A DNA stretch of 63,822 nt, counting the filler, from an uncultured Methanosarcinales archaeon (GTDB lineage: Archaea; Nanobdellota; Nanobdellia; Woesearchaeales; CAYSVS01), in assembly GCA_964434475.1 (NCBI GenBank). It is 10 parts of 10 records of this genome, joined end to end, with 100 filler letters (N's around TTAATTAATTAA, not from the genome) between each part and the next. Parts side by side here need not be neighbours in the genome. Positions count along the whole stretch, not along the records: positions 54,922 to 60,664 come from CAYSVS010000070.1; positions 60,765 to 63,822 come from CAYSVS010000093.1; 8 more parts are not named here. The stretch is one strand, 5' to 3'. How positions within the stretch are numbered: the first letter of the stretch is position 1; each line of letters opens with the position of its first letter. Below the pieces are notes generated by a model. That model ran no database searches. It saw only the letters and a program-made list of their open reading frames with translations, and had not been told where the DNA came from. Below, piece after piece: positions 60,531-63,822 of the stretch. The translations under genes were made by a program, and so were the position numbers.

Positions 60531-60664
60531 TTAATTTATTATCTGTTTTTGGATTAAGAAATTTTTAATTAATTTATACATTTCTTCATATCCATTTGAA
60601 TTAGGATGTAATCCATCATCTAATAACTTTTGGTAATTTAATTTTGAAAATTCCTGAAACATAT
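60531..60664 (-). CDS. SGNH/GDSL hydrolase C-terminal fragment; cassette cargo, cut by contig edge
   Basis: Manual translation ...LLDDGLHPNSNGYEEMYKLIK...IIN-stop contains the DGLHPN..GY block V motif. Confidence 0.75.
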
Positions 60665-60764
60665 NNNNNNNNNNNNNNNNNNNNNNNNNNNNNNNNNNNN
60701 NNNNNNNNTTAATTAATTAANNNNNNNNNNNNNNNNNNNNNNNNNNNNNNNNNNNNNNNNNNNN

Positions 60765-60817
60765 AGTGTTCAACTACCTAATTTTTTCGGTTTTTAGAAA
60801 AATCTGCACAACTCCAG
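60765..60817. mobile_element. Multi-copy element end (putative IS terminus)
   Basis: Identical to 54923-54975. Confidence 0.7.
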
Positions 60818-60865
60818 TAGTTATAAAAACATTTATAAATACAGTATTTTTCCAATTTTTTATAC

Positions 60866-60982
60866 GAGAGGGTTGCAGAGTCTGGTCAAATGCGCAGGAC
60901 TTAAGCACCAAGGACACTTCATCTTGAGGTGAAGATATCCTGTCCCTTAGTGGGTCCGGGGGTTCGAATCCCCTCCCTCTCA
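60866..60982 (+). tRNA. tRNA-Leu(TAA) with 31-nt intron at 37/38 (60906-60936)
   Basis: Acceptor GAGAGGG/CCCTCTC plus A, anticodon stem CAGGA/TCCTG, TAA at 60902-60904, long variable arm, GGGGG-TTCGAAT-CCCCT; TTTATAAA promoter upstream. Confidence 0.92.
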
Positions 60983-61073
60983 TCATATTCTTAGTTAATT
61001 AGTGCTGTTGAACAGAGTGAAACGTACAGAATTTTCGTCAACGTTTTGGCTTGTTCAAAAGGTTGGTTCTTGT

Positions 61074-61089
61074 ATCCCCTCCCTCTCAT
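61074..61089 (+). repeat. Direct repeat of the tRNA-Leu 3' end (att-like)
   Basis: ATCCCCTCCCTCTCAT is identical to 60968-60983. Confidence 0.75.
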
Positions 61090-61142
61090 TATTTTCTTAA
61101 GACCAATTAATTTTAAAAATAAAATAGATATTTCTAAGCATT

Positions 61143-61652
61143 ATGAACACTACAAGGTTTTGGATACTTGCATTCCAGATGTTTATAATCCTTAAATTAT
61201 ATGATCTATGGGTATATGTAGGAGGAGGCTACCACACATTTTTCATATTTCTTGTAATAATAGTATTGTTGACCATAAACATATTTTTCAAATATGAACT
61301 TGGAAGAAATATTCCCAGCTTATTGCCTTTCAAGCTGATTCCAAAATATACTAAAACTGGCCAAGCTATAGACATTGTATGGATAACAACAGGAGCTATA
61401 ATTTTCAGTTTTGCTTTAGGTTATAATTATAACAATCTAGTGCTTTCTGTATTGATATTATTAATGTTTATATTTTCAAAGATTTTATCAAATACAAAAG
61501 ACAAATTGTTGAATCAATTCAGGTTTACTGTATTAGGCAGTGCTGTAGGATTATTTTGTGCGACAAGCTACAGCAATAATTGGCTGCTTATACTTACAGC
61601 ATTGATAGGTAATTTTGTAGTATATCTTAGCTCAAACCCAGGAGAATTCTAA
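61143..61652 (+). CDS. Multi-pass membrane hypothetical protein
   Basis: About six hydrophobic segments. Confidence 0.7.
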   Translation: MNTTRFWILAFQMFIILKLYDLWVYVGGGYHTFFIFLVIIVLLTINIFFKYELGRNIPSLLPFKLIPKYTKTGQAIDIVWITTGAIIFSFALGYNYNNLVLSVLILLMFIFSKILSNTKDKLLNQFRFTVLGSAVGLFCATSYSNNWLLILTALIGNFVVYLSSNPGEF

Positions 61653-62170
61653 TTATCCAGATGTATCAAAGCCATAATTATCGCTTGTTTAGTATATTCT
61701 TTCCTGTTTACTCTTACTTTTGTATGCAGACCAACAGCGCCTTCATCTGATCCAAGATCATATTTTTTTGATAATCCTAACTCATTATAAGCCTTGCCTA
61801 AGCAGGAATCTTTTTCAAAAATATGGTTTACTATCTGTTTAGGTATCTCAAATCCAGAACTTATTCCAAGATGTATCTCGTTTCCGTCAAATATTGCGCA
61901 GGCACAAAAATTCATATATCCTGATTTAGTATTAGGTATTTGGGTTATACCGCCTTCTATACCAAAACTCAAACTACAGTTATCAAAGGCATTTCTTGCT
62001 CTGTTTATCGCACCTTGTATTGTCTCAGCCATTGTTTTAGGCTGTTCAGAAACATTAGACTTTACAGACACAGGACTGATATCAGCATCATTCAGAATAG
62101 AATAGTCTTGAGTTAATTCCTTTAAAGCATCAACTTTTACTTTATTGTTTGATCCTACGTTGATTTTCAT
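61649..62170 (-). CDS. yjjX: Inosine/xanthosine triphosphatase (YjjX family)
   Basis: VGSNNKVKV, V.S.VSEQP, ET..GA.NRA, GIEGG, GAVG, R......A. Confidence 0.9.
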   Translation of the reverse strand: MKINVGSNNKVKVDALKELTQDYSILNDADISPVSVKSNVSEQPKTMAETIQGAINRARNAFDNCSLSFGIEGGITQIPNTKSGYMNFCACAIFDGNEIHLGISSGFEIPKQIVNHIFEKDSCLGKAYNELGLSKKYDLGSDEGAVGLHTKVRVNRKEYTKQAIIMALIHLDN

Positions 62171-62241
62171 GATAAAATTTTAGAATAAAGTAATATTTAA
62201 AGATTTGCTTATTAAATAATAATAAATAAAAAAAATAGGAT

Positions 62242-62565
62242 TTATTCCTCTTTAGGTTCTTCTTCAGAAGCTTCCTCTTGAGATTCTTCTTCTGAAGATT
62301 CTTCTTCTGAAGATTCTTCTTCTGAAGATTCTTCTTCTGAAGCTTCCTCTTGGGGTTCTTCTTCAGAACCTTCTTCTGCTTTTTTTACATTAACAGCTTT
62401 TGGTCCTCTATCTCCTTGCTCAACATCAAAAGTTACTTCATCATCATCATTTATTACAGCGCCTTCATTCAAGCCGCTTATATGTACAAAATACTCTTTA
62501 CCGTCTTCTCCGATAATAAAGCCAAAACCTTTTGTATTGTCAAAAAATTTCACTTTTCCATTCAT
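62242..62565 (-). CDS. Cold-shock domain protein with acidic tandem-repeat tail
   Basis: GKVKFF...KGFGFI, FVHIS, GDRGPKAVNV, followed by (EEESS)n; GGAGG ribosome-binding site. Confidence 0.93.
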   Translation of the reverse strand: MNGKVKFFDNTKGFGFIIGEDGKEYFVHISGLNEGAVINDDDEVTFDVEQGDRGPKAVNVKKAEEGSEEEPQEEASEEESSEEESSEEESSEEESQEEASEEEPKEE

Positions 62566-62765
62566 TTTTCATTCCTCCGAATCATTAAATTTTGATTGAC
62601 ACTCTTCACAATAGTTAATCTTAGATTCTCCTTTTCTAACTACAAATCTCTTCTTACACATTCTGCAATACTTAACTATTTTGTAATCAACCATTTTATT
62701 TTTTTTAATCAGAAACAGTTAAAACGCTTCCAATATTTTAGTGAAACAAGTCTTCCTTTTTAAAG

Positions 62766-63479
62766 TTATTTGTTTTTAGCGCTTAAAATTGAATAACAAT
62801 ACCCTGTTATGGGCTTTAGGTTTATCGTATCTTCTTCATTATACTCAACCAATCCTTCAAGATATTCTTTTCTGCCAGAGGCTAAAAATGCTCTGTAGCA
62901 GTCTGCAGCACTTCCATATAGATGATAAGGTCTTTCTATGCTTAATTTCTTTTCAATCTCTTTTAGCCCTCCTACAAGGCCAACACGCCTGCAGACGTGC
63001 TTCAAGTCTATATGAGGAATATCAGGTAAGAAATCATAATATTTGTTTAATTTAGGTAGATCATATGCGCTTCCGTTATATGTTATTATAAGTTTGTATT
63101 TACTTAACTCTTTTTTCAGCAATCTTTTGTCAAAATTGATGTTATTTATCATTGTCTTTGTCTCGTATCCGTCGAATATTCCTATCAGAGTTATATTACC
63201 TTCAATATCAACATAACAGCATTCTTCCTTGAAATGTTCATATAAACGCCAGGTTTCTGTTGTCGGCCAATGCTGTTTGAACCAAAGCATATCTTCTTCA
63301 TACAGCGCTTTTTTTGCTTTTAATATTATATTATCATAGAATATCTTTCTTTTTGCGCTTATGCCTTTTATTTGCTTTGCATCAAGAAATGCATTCCAAT
63401 TACAAATACCTTGATCCCTGATGTTTTTTTCTTTCTTGCTTTGTATTCCTGGCAGGAATAGAAAGGTTTTTCTGATCAT
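62766..63479 (-). CDS. RNase H-like (YprB/DEDD-type) exonuclease domain protein
   Basis: TFLFLPGI, YVDIE, TYNGSAYDLP, HIDL, GGLKEIE, YNEED. Confidence 0.85.
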   Translation of the reverse strand: MIRKTFLFLPGIQSKKEKNIRDQGICNWNAFLDAKQIKGISAKRKIFYDNIILKAKKALYEEDMLWFKQHWPTTETWRLYEHFKEECCYVDIEGNITLIGIFDGYETKTMINNINFDKRLLKKELSKYKLIITYNGSAYDLPKLNKYYDFLPDIPHIDLKHVCRRVGLVGGLKEIEKKLSIERPYHLYGSAADCYRAFLASGRKEYLEGLVEYNEEDTINLKPITGYCYSILSAKNK

Positions 63480-63768
63480 TTTCTAAAAAGTTATATTTTA
63501 TCTTTTATATAGCTCACACGCAGTTGTCCAGTGTGTCCAGTGCACATATCAAACCAGAGTACACAACCTCTAACACTAAAATTCAAAAGGTATACACTGG
63601 ACAAAGTAAACTGTCCAATGCGCCAATAAGTTTTAATCAAATCTTAATTTTTTAACCATAAACACCTTTGATTAGATGCGATCATTCGTGAGTTTAATAT
63701 TGTTAATTCTTTTGATTTGCATCAAAAAAAATAATCAAATCAAGACCAGCCCAGTATTCAAAAAATCA

Positions 63769-63822
63769 AGAGAACTTTGCATAATTGCTGTTTAGCTTAG
63801 CTTTTTAGATTAATTGCACATT
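63769..63822. mobile_element. Multi-copy element end (third copy)
   Basis: Matches 29138-29189 and 36050-36100. Confidence 0.7.

Noticed and set aside
60774..60986. 70-aa minus-strand ORF
   Set aside because: It is the antisense of tRNA-Leu.
3275..63055. Numerous short antisense or overlapping ORFs in the ORF track
   Set aside because: They are shadows of longer, motif-supported genes.

Overview
This is an AT-rich draft assembly. Ten contigs of about 3-7.7 kb are joined by nine artificial 100-bp N/TTAATTAATTAA linkers, so gene order only means something within a contig. The content points to an archaeon, most likely DPANN (Woesearchaeota-like, by inference). Archaeal markers include two tRNAs with 37/38 introns, Taw3, PINA, oapABC, a class III signal peptide, an S-layer-like protein and TATA boxes. 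Housekeeping genes include ppsA, Rad50, serS, ahcY, a PhoU-like regulator, Zur-ZnuACB and YjjX. Also present are a nonulosonic-acid glycan cluster, a UbiA/BtaA/DAG-kinase lipid cluster and a giant Cys-rich surface protein. The most striking signal is on three contigs (36.4-40.4, 49.1-54.8 and 55.9-60.7 kb): tandem arrays of integron-like gene cassettes. Most junctions are miniature 18-20 bp TAAC...GTTA hairpins (consensus TAACATCAGGATCCTTGTTA), and two are long attC-like sites with the same ends. Most complete cassettes are bracketed by several nested, mostly cassette-specific inverted repeats that often reach the cargo stop codon, with G.T pairing biased to one strand. No integrase gene is visible in the window. 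Cargo includes a candidate defence operon (RHH, MTase, GHKL/MORC ATPase, unknown protein, DpnI-like nuclease). All calls come from reading the sequence by eye; no database searches were run.
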